Program-made: the position numbers and the translations under genes
Assembly: GCA_018700055.1 (NCBI GenBank)
Contig: JABISL010000042.1
Coordinates: 7,298 to 71,297, forward strand
DNA length: 64,000 bases
Reading direction: 5' to 3'
DNA from: a bacterium
GTDB taxonomy: Bacteria > Margulisbacteria > Marinamargulisbacteria > UBA817 > JABISL01
In this document: positions 39,131-49,782 of the stretch, piece by piece
Layout: the number at the start of each line of letters is the position of its first letter
Numbering within the stretch: the stretch's first letter is position 1
The notes under the pieces: generated by a model
The model's input: only the letters and a program-made list of their open reading frames with translations
What the model was told of the DNA's origin: nothing
Database searches by the model: none

Positions 39131-39738
39131 TTCCCCAGTTAGTTCGGGATCAGTTAGCGCTCTATTTGCCTGAAGAACGTATTGCTCACTCTGACCGTGT
39201 GTCAGAGACAGCGGTGGGGATGGCTGAGCATTGGAAAATGCCTACGGATATTGTTCAACGTGCGGGATGGGGTCATGATATTGCGAAAGCCTTATCCCCT
39301 AAAAAAGTCTTGAGGTTGGATTGGGATGGATGGCCGCAGTTTGACTCGTTGTATGACGACTATCCTGCAATTTGGCATGCCTTTGTTGGCCCTTTAATGA
39401 TAGAAAAGTGTCTGGGGTGGACGGACTCAGAGTTTTTGAGTTGTGTAAGGTGGCATACGACTGGGCGAGCTAAGATGAGCTCTTTCGAACAAATTATATT
39501 CGTTGCCGATTACATTGAGCCCGGAAGGTCTTTTGATGACCGAGACTATATTCAAGGTTTGGCCAAGGAGAGTTTGGACTTAGCAACATTTGCTGTAGCA
39601 AGTAGGAGTATATTAAGTCTAGAAAAGCGTCGTGGTACAATACACGCCCATACGTTACGGTGTCGCGACTATTATCAGTCGATTGTAGGACAGGAAGATG
39701 CAAAAGATATCGTAAGGATTTTAATAAACTTGAGCTAA
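39127..39738 (+). CDS. HD-domain phosphohydrolase, YqeK-like
   Basis: 203 aa; HD motif (H..HSDRV..GHD). Confidence 0.6.
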   Translation: MIPQLVRDQLALYLPEERIAHSDRVSETAVGMAEHWKMPTDIVQRAGWGHDIAKALSPKKVLRLDWDGWPQFDSLYDDYPAIWHAFVGPLMIEKCLGWTDSEFLSCVRWHTTGRAKMSSFEQIIFVADYIEPGRSFDDRDYIQGLAKESLDLATFAVASRSILSLEKRRGTIHAHTLRCRDYYQSIVGQEDAKDIVRILINLS

Positions 39739-39741
39739 TGT

Positions 39742-41490
39742 ATGTTGCACTATACTACCCAATCTAAACGCAGCGGTTTTGTTTATGCCTTATGGGCATT
39801 TTTAGGCATGTTTACCGCGACTTTGCTGGTCTTTATTTTTCTTTTGACAGTCAGTAAGGCTGTTTTTTTAGAAACGTTTTTAGGAATGATTCCCCAACAG
39901 CGGTTACAAGGCGTCAATATTTTGGTTTTTGGAATTGATGAAACCAAAATTGTGCAACGGGCCGATACTATTATGTTGGTTCATTTGGATGAGGAGTCTA
40001 AGCGGATCGGTGTTCTGTCGATTCCTCGAGATTCCAGAGCGTATATTCCAGGTGTTGGGATATCGAAGGTTAATCATGCCTATGCTCATGGTGGTGTTCG
40101 TTTACTAAAAGATACAGTGTCTCGGTTTTTGGCCGTTCCAATCGATCATTATGTTCGGGTTAGTTTGAGTGGGGTAGAGACTATTGTTGATGAGTTGGGA
40201 GGGATTCCCATCAAAGTAGATAAACCGTTGGTTTATGAAGATAGAGCGGCTAATTTGCACATTGATATTCCTTCAGGGGATCAAGTTTTAAAGGGTGAGG
40301 ATGTGATCGGGTACCTGAGGTTTCGTCATGATGTTAAAGGCGATATCGGTCGGATTCAGCGGCAGCAACGATTTCTTAAAGCACTGACCAAGCAATTGTT
40401 GTCGTCTGGGGATGTGTTTAAATCCCCTTTGATGTTGAGACGGGTAAGTAAGTCATTAGAAACGGATGTTTCATTAACTGAGATGATGGGGATGGCTTCT
40501 TTGTTTTCAAAGGCTCTTAAACAAGGGAACTTGAATGTAGGGTCTGTTCCTGGGGCGGTTACCTTGATTGGTGGGATTAGTTATTGGCGCCCTGATTTTT
40601 CGTCACTTGAGCGTACTGTAAATGACGTATTGTTTGGATTTGGAAATGTATCTAATGCGGTTGCGGCTGAAAGGGCGGCAAAAGCGTCGATTATTCTTGA
40701 CCCCGAGCTAAAACCAAAACTAGAACCCGATCCTGCACCCGTTGTCATTGTGGAGAAGAAAGCGGTTTTGATTACGAAGTTCCCTGAACTTGAGTCTATA
40801 GCCAAGCCGATAGTTATTGCTACTAAGACACAATTGAGCAAGGGTGGGTTATTAGCCGCGTTGGATAGTATTCCACAGAAAAAAGAACTCTCTGAGGCGT
40901 CTCCTAAATTATCTGTCCAAGACGAAGTCGTTGTGAAGATTATTGCTTCTTCTTCGACGATTCCAATTCCTAAAAAGGTAACTGTAAAAGCCATTGTTCC
41001 AACCTTAAATAGTTCTGAAATAATATCTAAGAAGGCTGTCGTTGAGCCTGTTGTCGCTAAGGCAGTGTCTTCTGATAGGAGAACCGTAACGACTGCTGAG
41101 GTGCATCATATAGTGGAGCAAGTTGATCCTGCATCACCGTCTTTTCAATCTAAGGTTAAGTCAGAATTAAAACTTGAGGTTTTGAATGGGGATGGGGCCA
41201 AAGGATTGGCTCAAATTGGGGCTCGATTTATGAAAGACCATGGCTATAAGGTGGTGCGGTTTGATAACTCTAAAAAGTTCACTTATGACAAGACGCTTAT
41301 TGTAGATTGGAAAAACAATGTTGAAAATGCGCTTGTTATCGCGCAATTCCTTGGAATTGACCCCAAAAATATTATTGTTTATGATAGGCCCAACAAGTCG
41401 CTCGATATGACCATCGTTATTGGGCATGATTGGGATCAGTTAATGCGCCCCTTTCAAATAGTAGAAGAGAGTAACCCTAAAAATGAGTAA
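39742..41490 (+). CDS. LytR-CpsA-Psr (LCP) family protein with C-terminal LytR_C domain
   Basis: 582 aa; N-terminal TM anchor, LCP core (RADTIMLVHLD), long Pro/Lys-rich linker, C-terminal LytR_C-like domain. Confidence 0.7.
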   Translation: MLHYTTQSKRSGFVYALWAFLGMFTATLLVFIFLLTVSKAVFLETFLGMIPQQRLQGVNILVFGIDETKIVQRADTIMLVHLDEESKRIGVLSIPRDSRAYIPGVGISKVNHAYAHGGVRLLKDTVSRFLAVPIDHYVRVSLSGVETIVDELGGIPIKVDKPLVYEDRAANLHIDIPSGDQVLKGEDVIGYLRFRHDVKGDIGRIQRQQRFLKALTKQLLSSGDVFKSPLMLRRVSKSLETDVSLTEMMGMASLFSKALKQGNLNVGSVPGAVTLIGGISYWRPDFSSLERTVNDVLFGFGNVSNAVAAERAAKASIILDPELKPKLEPDPAPVVIVEKKAVLITKFPELESIAKPIVIATKTQLSKGGLLAALDSIPQKKELSEASPKLSVQDEVVVKIIASSSTIPIPKKVTVKAIVPTLNSSEIISKKAVVEPVVAKAVSSDRRTVTTAEVHHIVEQVDPASPSFQSKVKSELKLEVLNGDGAKGLAQIGARFMKDHGYKVVRFDNSKKFTYDKTLIVDWKNNVENALVIAQFLGIDPKNIIVYDRPNKSLDMTIVIGHDWDQLMRPFQIVEESNPKNE

Positions 41491-41845
41491 ATTAAAACAG
41501 TATATTGATCAAATAGTAGTTGCGTTAGAAGACAAAAAAGCCTTAGATATTCGGTTTTTTGAAGTGTCAGAGCGTTCAAGTGTAACGGACTTTGTGATGG
41601 TTGTAGGCGCGAGTAATAACATTCATGTCAGAGCATTGCAGAACGCTGTAGATGAAGTCTCTCATGAGTTAGGGGCTGATGAAGATTTATATGATCATTT
41701 ACGGATCTCTGGAAAAGCCGAAAGCGGATGGGTAGTCTTGGATTTGAATTCTATAATTATCCACGTTATTCTAGAGGACCTTCGTCAGTTCTATGAATTG
41801 GATGCCCACTTTGAGAAAAAAGTGGTGGCATCACCAACTCATTAA
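41483..41845 (+). CDS. rsfS: Ribosomal silencing factor RsfS (Iojap)
   Basis: 120 aa; DUF143/Iojap signature. Confidence 0.8.
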   Translation: MSKLKQYIDQIVVALEDKKALDIRFFEVSERSSVTDFVMVVGASNNIHVRALQNAVDEVSHELGADEDLYDHLRISGKAESGWVVLDLNSIIIHVILEDLRQFYELDAHFEKKVVASPTH

Positions 41846-41848
41846 TTT

Positions 41849-41924
<76 letters not shown>

Positions 41925-42007
41925 TTTTTTCTGCACATTGACCAAAATTTAATGGTGGATATTTTTTGGGGATAACAGCCATGAGCTGTAGTGAACTTCT
42001 ATAAATA

Positions 42008-42043
42008 AAAACGGCCCTTCCTATCGAGTAGGAAGAGCCGTTT
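42008..42043. terminator. Bidirectional rho-independent terminator between tRNA-Ala (+) and rpoD (-)
   Basis: About 14-bp stem AACGGCCCTTCCTA..TAGGAAGAGCCGTT with T-runs on both strands. Confidence 0.7.
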
Positions 42044-42086
42044 AAAGTGGGTGCTTATGCCACGCTGATGAACTGTTTGGATCTAT

Positions 42087-43091
42087 TTAGGTTGTATACT
42101 CTTTTAGTTTTTCCATTCTTTTTGGGTGACGTAGTTTTTTGAGTGCTTTGGCTTCGATTTGTCGAATGCGCTCTCTAGTTACATCATATATTTTACCCAC
42201 TTCTTCAAGTGTTCTTGCCTTGCCATCTTCGAGACCGAATCGAAGGCGGAGTACATGAGACTCTCTTTCAGTAAGTTCATCCAAAACATGGTTGATGCCT
42301 TGTTTTAGGGCTTCTTGTAAGACCTTGGTCTCTGGTGCGCCTGAGTTTGCATCTTCTACGAAGTCACCTAAAGTATGTCCTTCTTCGTCTCCGATTGGTG
42401 TTTCAAGTGATAGTGGTACTTGTGAAATCTTGATGATCTCTTTTACCTTCTCAATTGAGAATCCAGACGCTTCCGAAATTTCGATTTCTTTGGGTTTTCG
42501 TCCTAGTTCTTGAAGTAATTGGCGGGATACTTTTCGAAGTTTGTTGATGGTTTCTACCATGTGAACAGGGATTCGAATTGTTCGTGCTTGGTCTGCGATT
42601 GCTCTAGTGATGGCTTGTCGAATCCACCAAGTAGCGTATGTGCTGAACTTGAACCCTTTTGAGTAGTCGAACTTTTCTACTGCTCTAATAAGTCCCAAGT
42701 TACCTTCTTGAATTAGGTCTAGGAATAAAATTCCTCGGCCGGTGTATTTTTTTGCGATACTCACTACTAGTCGTAGATTGGCGACAGTTAGCTTGTATTT
42801 GCTGATCAAGCAGCCTTCATCCATTCCTTTTGCTAGAGTGGTTTCTTCTTCTTTTTTAAGCAGTTTTACCCGCCCAATCTCTTTAAGGTACATTTTGACG
42901 GCGTCATCGGTTCCAACGCTGCCTTTCATACTTAAGATTTTTTCTAAATTGGCTAAGGTTTCTAACTCTGTACCGGTATTCTTTTCGTCACGGTCGTCTG
43001 CTTCTAGCTCCTGATTGGCAGGTTTTGCTGCTTTACTGGCATTTCTAAATTCTTCAAATTCACTGGACGTATTTTCGTTTGACATAAGCAC
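42087..43091 (-). CDS. rpoD: RNA polymerase sigma-70 family factor (primary-type; regions 1.2, 2, 3, 4)
   Basis: 334 aa; region 2 ([15 protein letters not shown]), region 4 HTH; immediately downstream of dnaG as in the dnaG-rpoD operon. Confidence 0.85.
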   Translation of the reverse strand: MLMSNENTSSEFEEFRNASKAAKPANQELEADDRDEKNTGTELETLANLEKILSMKGSVGTDDAVKMYLKEIGRVKLLKKEEETTLAKGMDEGCLISKYKLTVANLRLVVSIAKKYTGRGILFLDLIQEGNLGLIRAVEKFDYSKGFKFSTYATWWIRQAITRAIADQARTIRIPVHMVETINKLRKVSRQLLQELGRKPKEIEISEASGFSIEKVKEIIKISQVPLSLETPIGDEEGHTLGDFVEDANSGAPETKVLQEALKQGINHVLDELTERESHVLRLRFGLEDGKARTLEEVGKIYDVTRERIRQIEAKALKKLRHPKRMEKLKEYTT

Positions 43092-43105
43092 CTCTTTCTT
43101 TTGAT

Positions 43106-44854
43106 TTAATTCTGGTTAATATTCATTAGGTTGTTGAGTTGATGCAGTAGTTCATGCTGCTTCGCTTCGTCCAACCCTTGTTCTTTTAGCTGTTGTTTGA
43201 TCTCGCCAATTTGTTGGCCGGTGTGATATTTTTTCAGGGCTAAAATACTTTTCTGACACTCTTCCGATATCGACCGTATCGACCCAAATAACGCGGACCC
43301 TTCGACTAAAACTCGCGTTAGTTTAGATTTGTGTTCTGGTATGTCTATGACTGCCAATAAGTCTTGATCAATCGCGTCTGTGTTCTGCATGGACTGGACT
43401 AGAACTTTTGAGTTTTCTTGTGTCCAGTCATCAATAGTGAGTGCTTCAAGGATTTTTTTTCTAGAGGCTTTGTCTGTCGCCATTATGTATAGGAGTAAGT
43501 CTTCTAGTTTTTTGATTTTTTCTGTTTGCTGAATAGGTTTTGCAAACACAGGTCGTCGTTTTGTCTTAGGCGCACGGTTGAGTTTTGCAAAAATTTGATC
43601 TTTGTCGATCTGAAGCTCTTTTGCGATTTCGCTTATATAATGATCTTGTACGATTCCGTCTGACTCAGCCTTGATTATTGGGAGTAGCGATTCCATTAAC
43701 GCAGATACATTTTCGATTTTTGATGTATCTGTTTTGGATTTGAGTCGTTGAAATTTAAATGGAATCATATGCAAGGCATTATCCAATTTATCCTGAAAAT
43801 TGATTTCGCCGTTTTCGATGAGTTCATCGGCGGGGTCTTTGGACTCTAAGTTAAGAACACTTACCTTCATCTCTGCTTGTTGGAGTACTTCATAACTACG
43901 TTCGATGGCTGTTTGGCCGGCTTCATCAGCATCCATTGCCAGTATGACTGCTGGGGCATGTCGTTTAAGTAGATTTGCTTGAGATGATGTTAGTGCGGTT
44001 CCCATAGAGGCCACTGCATTTTTAAACCCATATTGGTGCGCCATGATGACGTCCATATAACCTTCCATAACTAGCGCCACCTTATTCTTACGAATGGGGG
44101 ACTTAGCTAGATCCAAGGCGTATAGAGTACGACTTTTATTAAATGTAGGAGAATCTGGCGAATTGATATATTTGGGACTATTGTTTTTGGCTACAAGTAT
44201 TCTTCCACCAAATCCAAGTGTGCGACCATGATGATCAATGATGGGGAACATGACGCGATCATAAAAGGGGGTGCTAATCCGTCCAGAGTCTTGTTCGCTG
44301 AATAGGCCACTTTGAATCAATTGGTCAGGGGAAAACCCTTTGTTGGCCAAATGATCTTTTAGTGGATTGGTTTCCGCAGGAGAGTAACCTAGGTGGAAGG
44401 CATCAATGCTTGCTTCGGAGACACCTCTAGCGATTAGATACTCAAAAGCCTTGGGATGTTGTTTCAGTGCGCCTTTGAAATATTCTCTTGTTTCAAATAG
44501 AAGATCCAGCAGCTGGCTGCGTTCTTCTGTTTTTTCTTTGTCTTTCTCCGTAACTTCCATTTCTTGGATTTCGATTCCCGCTTTTTGAGCAATTACTCGA
44601 ATAGACTCTATGAAATCTAAATTGTCCATTTTCATGACAAAACTAATAATGTCTCCTGATTCCTGACAGCCGAAGCAGTGGTAGAGCTTTTTTTCGGGGC
44701 TTACATAAAAAGAAGGGCTTTTTTCAGAGTGAAATGGGCAGAGTCCAACATGGTTCCTGCCTCTCTTTTTAAGAGGCATATAGTCGCTAATAACACCGAC
44801 GATATCGTCGTATGCTTTTACGGCATCTACTGTTTCCGTGTGGATACGTTTCAC
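43106..44854 (-). CDS. dnaG: DNA primase
   Basis: Zinc-finger [22 protein letters not shown] domain; start set at in-frame GTG (VKRIHTETV) because AAGGAAAG lies 7 nt upstream; the track ORF extends 28 codons further upstream. Confidence 0.85.
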   Translation of the reverse strand: MKRIHTETVDAVKAYDDIVGVISDYMPLKKRGRNHVGLCPFHSEKSPSFYVSPEKKLYHCFGCQESGDIISFVMKMDNLDFIESIRVIAQKAGIEIQEMEVTEKDKEKTEERSQLLDLLFETREYFKGALKQHPKAFEYLIARGVSEASIDAFHLGYSPAETNPLKDHLANKGFSPDQLIQSGLFSEQDSGRISTPFYDRVMFPIIDHHGRTLGFGGRILVAKNNSPKYINSPDSPTFNKSRTLYALDLAKSPIRKNKVALVMEGYMDVIMAHQYGFKNAVASMGTALTSSQANLLKRHAPAVILAMDADEAGQTAIERSYEVLQQAEMKVSVLNLESKDPADELIENGEINFQDKLDNALHMIPFKFQRLKSKTDTSKIENVSALMESLLPIIKAESDGIVQDHYISEIAKELQIDKDQIFAKLNRAPKTKRRPVFAKPIQQTEKIKKLEDLLLYIMATDKASRKKILEALTIDDWTQENSKVLVQSMQNTDAIDQDLLAVIDIPEHKSKLTRVLVEGSALFGSIRSISEECQKSILALKKYHTGQQIGEIKQQLKEQGLDEAKQHELLHQLNNLMNINQN

Positions 44855-45037
44855 TACAGCTTTCCTTTTTTTTCTAAATATTGAATTATGAGATTTTCGA
44901 TTTTTTGAGTGGCGCTTATTCCCTCTTTCAGCGCACACCCTTCAAGTAACTTCCACAGTTGTGGATTGAACGCGAGATTGACCCGCTTACTTTTGTTTCG
45001 TACTAGCTCTAATATTTTTTCTGCGTTAGCCAAGTCA
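44855..45037 (-). CDS. Small ribbon-helix-helix-like ORF (about 60 aa, non-ATG start) whose stop overlaps the dnaG GTG start
   Basis: Translation ..KRVNLAFNPQLWKLLEGCALKEGISATQKIENLIIQYLEKKGKL; no in-frame ATG (TTG/CTG only); occupies the position where rpsU often lies. Confidence 0.3.
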
Positions 45038-45295
45038 AATCCTTTATACAGTGATCTATATGTCTATTAGACCATATAAATTTGTTGAAAAAAATACAGT
45101 CTTTAATACAAAGTCTATATTTATAATTTGAGCAAATCAACGAGTAATATTTTGTGCTAATCCGTAAAAGTTTTGCGTATATTATCATACATATAAATTG
45201 ATGTACAAGTTCTTTTTTGCGCTGGTTTTTTCGTTTTAAAAATGCATGGGATATTCCGTATGGGCCTATTTTCTGTTACATTTAAAGGCACGATC

Positions 45296-45372
45296 GGGCC
45301 CATAGCTCAGTTGGTTAGAGCACCCGGCTCATAACCGGTTTGTCGAAGGTTCAAGTCCTTCTGGGCCCACCA
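45296..45372 (+). tRNA. tRNA-Met or tRNA-Ile2 (anticodon CAT), elongator type, CCA encoded
   Basis: GGGCCCATAGCTCAGTTGGTTAGAGCACCCGGCTCATAACCGGTTTGTCGAAGGTTCAAGTCCTTCTGGGCCCACCA. Confidence 0.9.
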
Positions 45373-45552
45373 TTTTAATTTTATAAGATTCACATCCGCC
45401 TTTAAGGGCTGAGATGAATCACGTTAGATCGGAGTAAATCCGATCGGCACTCAGCTGTAGGCACTCATTGATCGTTCGGACTGGCAGAGCCAGCTCATCT
45501 TTTTCCTTCGACAAAAAAGACGAAGGGTGAGTTTCTTTAGGTCAACCTGCCG

Positions 45553-45636
45553 CCCTCTATTTTGTTATATCGAAAGGTCACAAGTATAGAACGGAAAGAG
45601 GATACAAAGATTGGCCGTCTATAACAAAATAGAGGG
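45553..45636. repeat. 17-bp perfect inverted repeat (CCCTCTATTTTGTTATA..TATAACAAAATAGAGGG) around a 50-nt loop, between tRNA-Met and the 3' end of rnpB
   Basis: Arms read directly from sequence; no U-tract on either side. Confidence 0.7.
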
Positions 45637-45671
45637 GGGTAGTTGGCCCTGACTGGGAGATGAACTTATCT

Positions 45672-46028
<357 letters not shown>

Positions 46029-46073
46029 AACAGTTATCGTATTCTTAGGCTCAATAACAGTCAAGAACCAGAG

Positions 46074-46475
46074 TTAAAATCGATCAAGAATTGTTTTGAA
46101 GCCTTTGAGCTGACTCCATAGTTTTTCTACTTGGTTGGATACTTGAGTAGGAGGTTTGGTTTTTCTTCGTTTTTTGAGTAATTTATTTTCAAATTTAATT
46201 TTTTCACTCTCAGGCATGAGGTCATATGCCTTTCTGGCGAGGGTCTTTAATTCTTTGTGAAGGGGATACTCCTCATTTAGAGTGAAGACGCGGGTTTTTC
46301 CGATCTTTTCACTGACCAAAAGGCCTCCCTTTTCTAGCTTCTCTAGGGTATACTGGACCCCGTTAACCGCTACTTGTAACCGATCAGCAAGATCGTTAGC
46401 GTAACAGCGTTTTTTCTTATGGATGACAAATAAAATGACTTCCGTATGTTTGCTACCAAATAAATAATTTAACAT
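46074..46475 (-). CDS. Winged helix-turn-helix transcriptional regulator
   Basis: 133 aa; central HTH (CYANDLADRLQVAVNGVQYTLEKLEKGGLLVSEKIGKTRVF), basic C-terminal tail. Confidence 0.5.
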   Translation of the reverse strand: MLNYLFGSKHTEVILFVIHKKKRCYANDLADRLQVAVNGVQYTLEKLEKGGLLVSEKIGKTRVFTLNEEYPLHKELKTLARKAYDLMPESEKIKFENKLLKKRRKTKPPTQVSNQVEKLWSQLKGFKTILDRF

Positions 46476-46594
46476 GAATCTAACAAGCCCTTAGGTAATA
46501 TTGCCATTGCTATAGGTTATGGTACCAAATGTACTGGTCAATCTCACCATTTGGCTTTTGGGGATGGTCATTGTCTGCGTTATGATGAGGGTAA

Positions 46595-48073
46595 ATGTTA
46601 CACGCGATTGATTGGACAATAATAGTTGCTTATCTGACGATTACCTTCGGACTAGGGTATTCGCTTAAGTCACATATTCATTCGATGAAGGATTTCATTG
46701 GTGCAGGCCAACGCGTAGGTCCTTGGCTAAGTATTGCGACGATGGCAGGGACTGAGACCGGTCTGATTACAATTATGTATAGTGCTGAAAAAGGGTATTT
46801 GGGGGGATTTGCGGCGTTTCATATAGCAGTCGTGGGTGCGGCGGTTCCCTTAATAGTGGGGATGACAGGGTTTATCGTGGCTCGCCTCCGAGAGACTGGG
46901 GTCTTAACGATACCTGAGTATTACAATCTACGGTTTGGAAAAAGTACTCGGGTACTGGGTGGGGTAGTTTTGGTTTTGGCCGGTGTATTAAATATGGGAT
47001 TGTTTCTCAAAGTAGGGGCGATGTTTATTGCAGGAATGATTGGTGTTCCGGCTTCCAGTATTGGGGTAGCCATTATTATGGTTATTCTATTGGTATTGGT
47101 TCTGGGGTATACGATGATGGGTGGAATGATGTCGGTGATTATTACGGATTATCTTCAGTTTGTTTTGTTGTCATTGGGGTTCTTGGTCACAACAGGGTTG
47201 GCGATATGGCAATTGGGGCTGGGTCGGATTTTTTCTACGATATCGATAGAAATGGGGGAGGCCGGCTTTAATCCTTTTATTAGTACCGGTGAGTTTGGCT
47301 TGTCCTATGTGGTTTGGATGATTTTTACCGCTGGATTGGTAAGTTGTGCAATTTGGCCAACAGCAGTGGCTCGAGCGTTAACAACGGATTCCCCTGAGAC
47401 GACTAAGAAACAATATAGATGGGCCTCATTGTCCTTTTTGGTTAGATTTATGGTGCCTTATTTTTGGGGGATCTGTGCATTTGTATTCTTTAAGACGATT
47501 GGACAGGGGCTTTGGACTCAATCATTAACACCGATTATGGCATTGCCAGCGTATTTGTCTCAGTTGCTGCCTATCGGATTAACGGGATTGTTAATGGCAG
47601 CGATGATTGCGGCGTTTATGTCTACACATGATAGTTACTTATTGTGTTGGAGTGCTGTGATCGTGCAGGATATTATTGCTCCCTTAAAAAAGGGGGGATT
47701 GGATGATGCTAAGCGGATTCAATATACGAGGTGGGGAATTCTGGGAATCGGTGTGTGGATCTTGTATTGGGGATTGGTCTATCCGGGAGGCGATGCCATT
47801 TGGGACTATATGGCGGTAACAGGGGCGATCTATTTTACAGGGGCTTTTTCGGTATTGGTTGGTGGACTGTATTGGAAACGGGCGAGTCGTGTGGGTGCCA
47901 ATGCAGCATTAGTATCGGGCTTAGTAGCGATCGTAGGCTTAGCACCTGCTCAGCATTTGTTGGGTGTGAGTTGGGGTAGTGCCAAGGTAGGACTAGTAAC
48001 GGTGTGTCTTTCTATATTAGCGATGATCATTGGTTCGCTAGTTTGGCCTGACTTGAAGGAGTCTGCATTATGA
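46595..48073 (+). CDS. Sodium:solute symporter family (SSS) transporter
   Basis: 492 aa, about 13 TM helices, SSS-family organization. Confidence 0.75.
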   Translation: MLHAIDWTIIVAYLTITFGLGYSLKSHIHSMKDFIGAGQRVGPWLSIATMAGTETGLITIMYSAEKGYLGGFAAFHIAVVGAAVPLIVGMTGFIVARLRETGVLTIPEYYNLRFGKSTRVLGGVVLVLAGVLNMGLFLKVGAMFIAGMIGVPASSIGVAIIMVILLVLVLGYTMMGGMMSVIITDYLQFVLLSLGFLVTTGLAIWQLGLGRIFSTISIEMGEAGFNPFISTGEFGLSYVVWMIFTAGLVSCAIWPTAVARALTTDSPETTKKQYRWASLSFLVRFMVPYFWGICAFVFFKTIGQGLWTQSLTPIMALPAYLSQLLPIGLTGLLMAAMIAAFMSTHDSYLLCWSAVIVQDIIAPLKKGGLDDAKRIQYTRWGILGIGVWILYWGLVYPGGDAIWDYMAVTGAIYFTGAFSVLVGGLYWKRASRVGANAALVSGLVAIVGLAPAQHLLGVSWGSAKVGLVTVCLSILAMIIGSLVWPDLKESAL

Positions 48074-48195
48074 TTTGGATCTGGATATGGAAGATCGTTC
48101 TCATTGGAGGACTGATAGGATTTACAGTCATGGTTAGCGTTGTTGCCGTTAAGGGTTGGGGCGATCTCAAACGCTTATGGTTGGATAAGGGCTAA
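48070..48195 (+). CDS. Small hydrophobic protein (41 aa), ATG overlapping the SSS stop (ATGA)
   Basis: MIWIWIWKIVLIGGLIGFTVMVSVVAVKGWGDLKRLWLDKG; translationally coupled position after the SSS permease. Confidence 0.3.
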   Translation: MIWIWIWKIVLIGGLIGFTVMVSVVAVKGWGDLKRLWLDKG

Positions 48196-48926
48196 CTAAA
48201 CTGATATAGAACCTGTGCCACAGTAACTAACCCTGCATGTTCAGTTCTTAATATCGTTTTGCCGAGGGAGACGCTGTGGAATCCGTTGTCGGTTAGTGTT
48301 GTAACTTCTTTGGCGGACAATCCCCCTTCGGGACCAATGAGAATCACTATGCTCTCAGGTTTTTTTTGACTAGATAATATTCCTTTTAGGAGCGTTGGTT
48401 CGTCTTCCCAAGGTACGAGTTTGAGATCGGCTGACTTGATATCAGGATGGGCAAAAAGCTCGGATAGGGTACGGGGCTCATCAATCGTAGGAATTGTATT
48501 GGATTGGGCTTGCATTGCGGCACTCCATAAAATGCTTTCCCAGCGGGTTTTGTTCTTGAGTGTTTTTTTGTCATCCATAATTCGGACGACTCGTTCGGTG
48601 ATAAGTGGAATGAATTGATCGACGCCAAGCTCCGAACAGGCTCTGAGAATGTCACTCATCTTGTCTTGCTTAGGGAGGGCTTGGACCAGAATGACCTTGG
48701 GTTGGGTTCGTTTGGGTATAGGGAGCTGCTCTTGAATGGAAATCGTGATTGAGCTGGACTCAATTTCAACGATAGCGGTTTGGAGAAGGTGAGTGCCATC
48801 TTTAATGAGTGTTAATGGATCCTTTGGTTGCGCTCGGAGGACACGACGGACGTGATGATGCACTTCTTTAGGAAGCGTGAGCACATTATTCGATAACATA
48901 TCCGAAGTGATAAATAGCCGTGTCAT
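48192..48926 (-). CDS. rsmE: 16S rRNA (uracil1498-N3)-methyltransferase RsmE
   Basis: 244 aa; RsmE N-terminal PUA-like (MTRLFI..HHVRRVLR) and SPOUT C-terminal domain (LIGPEGG). Confidence 0.8.
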   Translation of the reverse strand: MTRLFITSDMLSNNVLTLPKEVHHHVRRVLRAQPKDPLTLIKDGTHLLQTAIVEIESSSITISIQEQLPIPKRTQPKVILVQALPKQDKMSDILRACSELGVDQFIPLITERVVRIMDDKKTLKNKTRWESILWSAAMQAQSNTIPTIDEPRTLSELFAHPDIKSADLKLVPWEDEPTLLKGILSSQKKPESIVILIGPEGGLSAKEVTTLTDNGFHSVSLGKTILRTEHAGLVTVAQVLYQFS

Positions 48927-48966
48927 AACCTTCAGTATAAGAGGTTGGACGAATAGAGGGAACTAG

Positions 48967-49581
48967 CTAGCTTATGTTTGCGTATCGCGTAGAAGGTTTT
49001 GTTCCTGCAAAGGATACTCTTTTGATTGAAACGAGACTGGACTTGCTTGAATATGGCTCGCTTAATGACAGGTAGTGGGTATCTTTTTGTCGTCGAGCTT
49101 CCTTTTGGGTGATTGTCATGGTTTTGTCTGTCAAAACGACCTCAGATGGCGGCGGAGGAAAGCTTTCTGAAAGGCTTAGAAGTCTGTGGGAGAGACTTGT
49201 TTTGGCGGTAATTGAAGTATCCTCTTCACTAAATAATTGTTTTTGGACGTTGTCATCTGGAGGATTGGGTAACGAGTCATCGTCTGATGTATGAGCGATG
49301 CGTTGCTCATCAATAAGCTGAATCAGTTTATCCTTATTATGTTCATCTGGAGAATAGGCGCCTGGATCCATAACAGAAGTGGGTGAATTTGATTGGTTAT
49401 TTTGTGATGGTTTAACTCGGCTTGGATTGACTCTTCCGGTGAGGCTCGAACGGCCAATGGGGTCTTTTTTTATGTTTTCATCTAGGTAGGGGCTATTTGA
49501 CCGTTTAATGGGAGGCTGAGGAGGGATTTTTAGTTGGTTGGGATTGATTAGTCTGAGACGAGGGGGGGTGTTACGTTCCAT
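48967..49581 (-). CDS. Hypothetical Pro/Ser-rich protein
   Basis: 204 aa, low complexity (PPQPPIKRSNSP.., PPPPSEV). Confidence 0.4.
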   Translation of the reverse strand: MERNTPPRLRLINPNQLKIPPQPPIKRSNSPYLDENIKKDPIGRSSLTGRVNPSRVKPSQNNQSNSPTSVMDPGAYSPDEHNKDKLIQLIDEQRIAHTSDDDSLPNPPDDNVQKQLFSEEDTSITAKTSLSHRLLSLSESFPPPPSEVVLTDKTMTITQKEARRQKDTHYLSLSEPYSSKSSLVSIKRVSFAGTKPSTRYANIS

Positions 49582-49709
49582 GAGGGGCTCCTTACGGGGG
49601 AAATTAGGATTATTTTGCCAGTATAACAGTTTGTTGTAGGCAAAATCTCGCTCTATTTTTATGTTTTTTAACTATTTTTAAATTAGTCGTGAGGATATGT
49701 GTGATTGGA

Positions 49710-49738
49710 TTGACAAAACCTATGGCCGATCTTATACT
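49710..49738 (+). promoter_or_regulatory. Consensus sigma70-type promoter (TTGACA, 17 nt spacer, TATACT) upstream of rpmF-plsX-fab operon
   Basis: Hexamers read directly; about 45 nt upstream of the rpmF ATG, which has a GAGG RBS. Confidence 0.6.
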
Positions 49739-49782
49739 CAACCCTTGCGTAATTCTTTATTCAATTTATACAGAGGTTAAAC

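Noticed and set aside
42087-43091. Short (334 aa) sigma factor as a possible alternative (non-primary) sigma
   Set aside because: It has regions 1.2-4 with an acidic N-terminal segment and sits in the canonical dnaG-rpoD operon position. This is consistent with a compact primary sigma, as in SigA of many bacteria.
44855-44938. 28-codon N-terminal extension of dnaG in the ORF track (MCAERGNKRHSKNRK...)
   Set aside because: DnaG homologs start near the ..RIP/IH.E.I... segment. An in-frame GTG with AAGGAAAG RBS sits exactly there. The extension is very basic and overlaps the upstream small frame.
45373-45552. Possible 4.5S (SRP) RNA
   Set aside because: The conserved domain IV motifs (GGAAG...AGCAGC helix 8 signature) are not present. 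Only generic hairpins are seen, so it is kept as an unassigned candidate sRNA.
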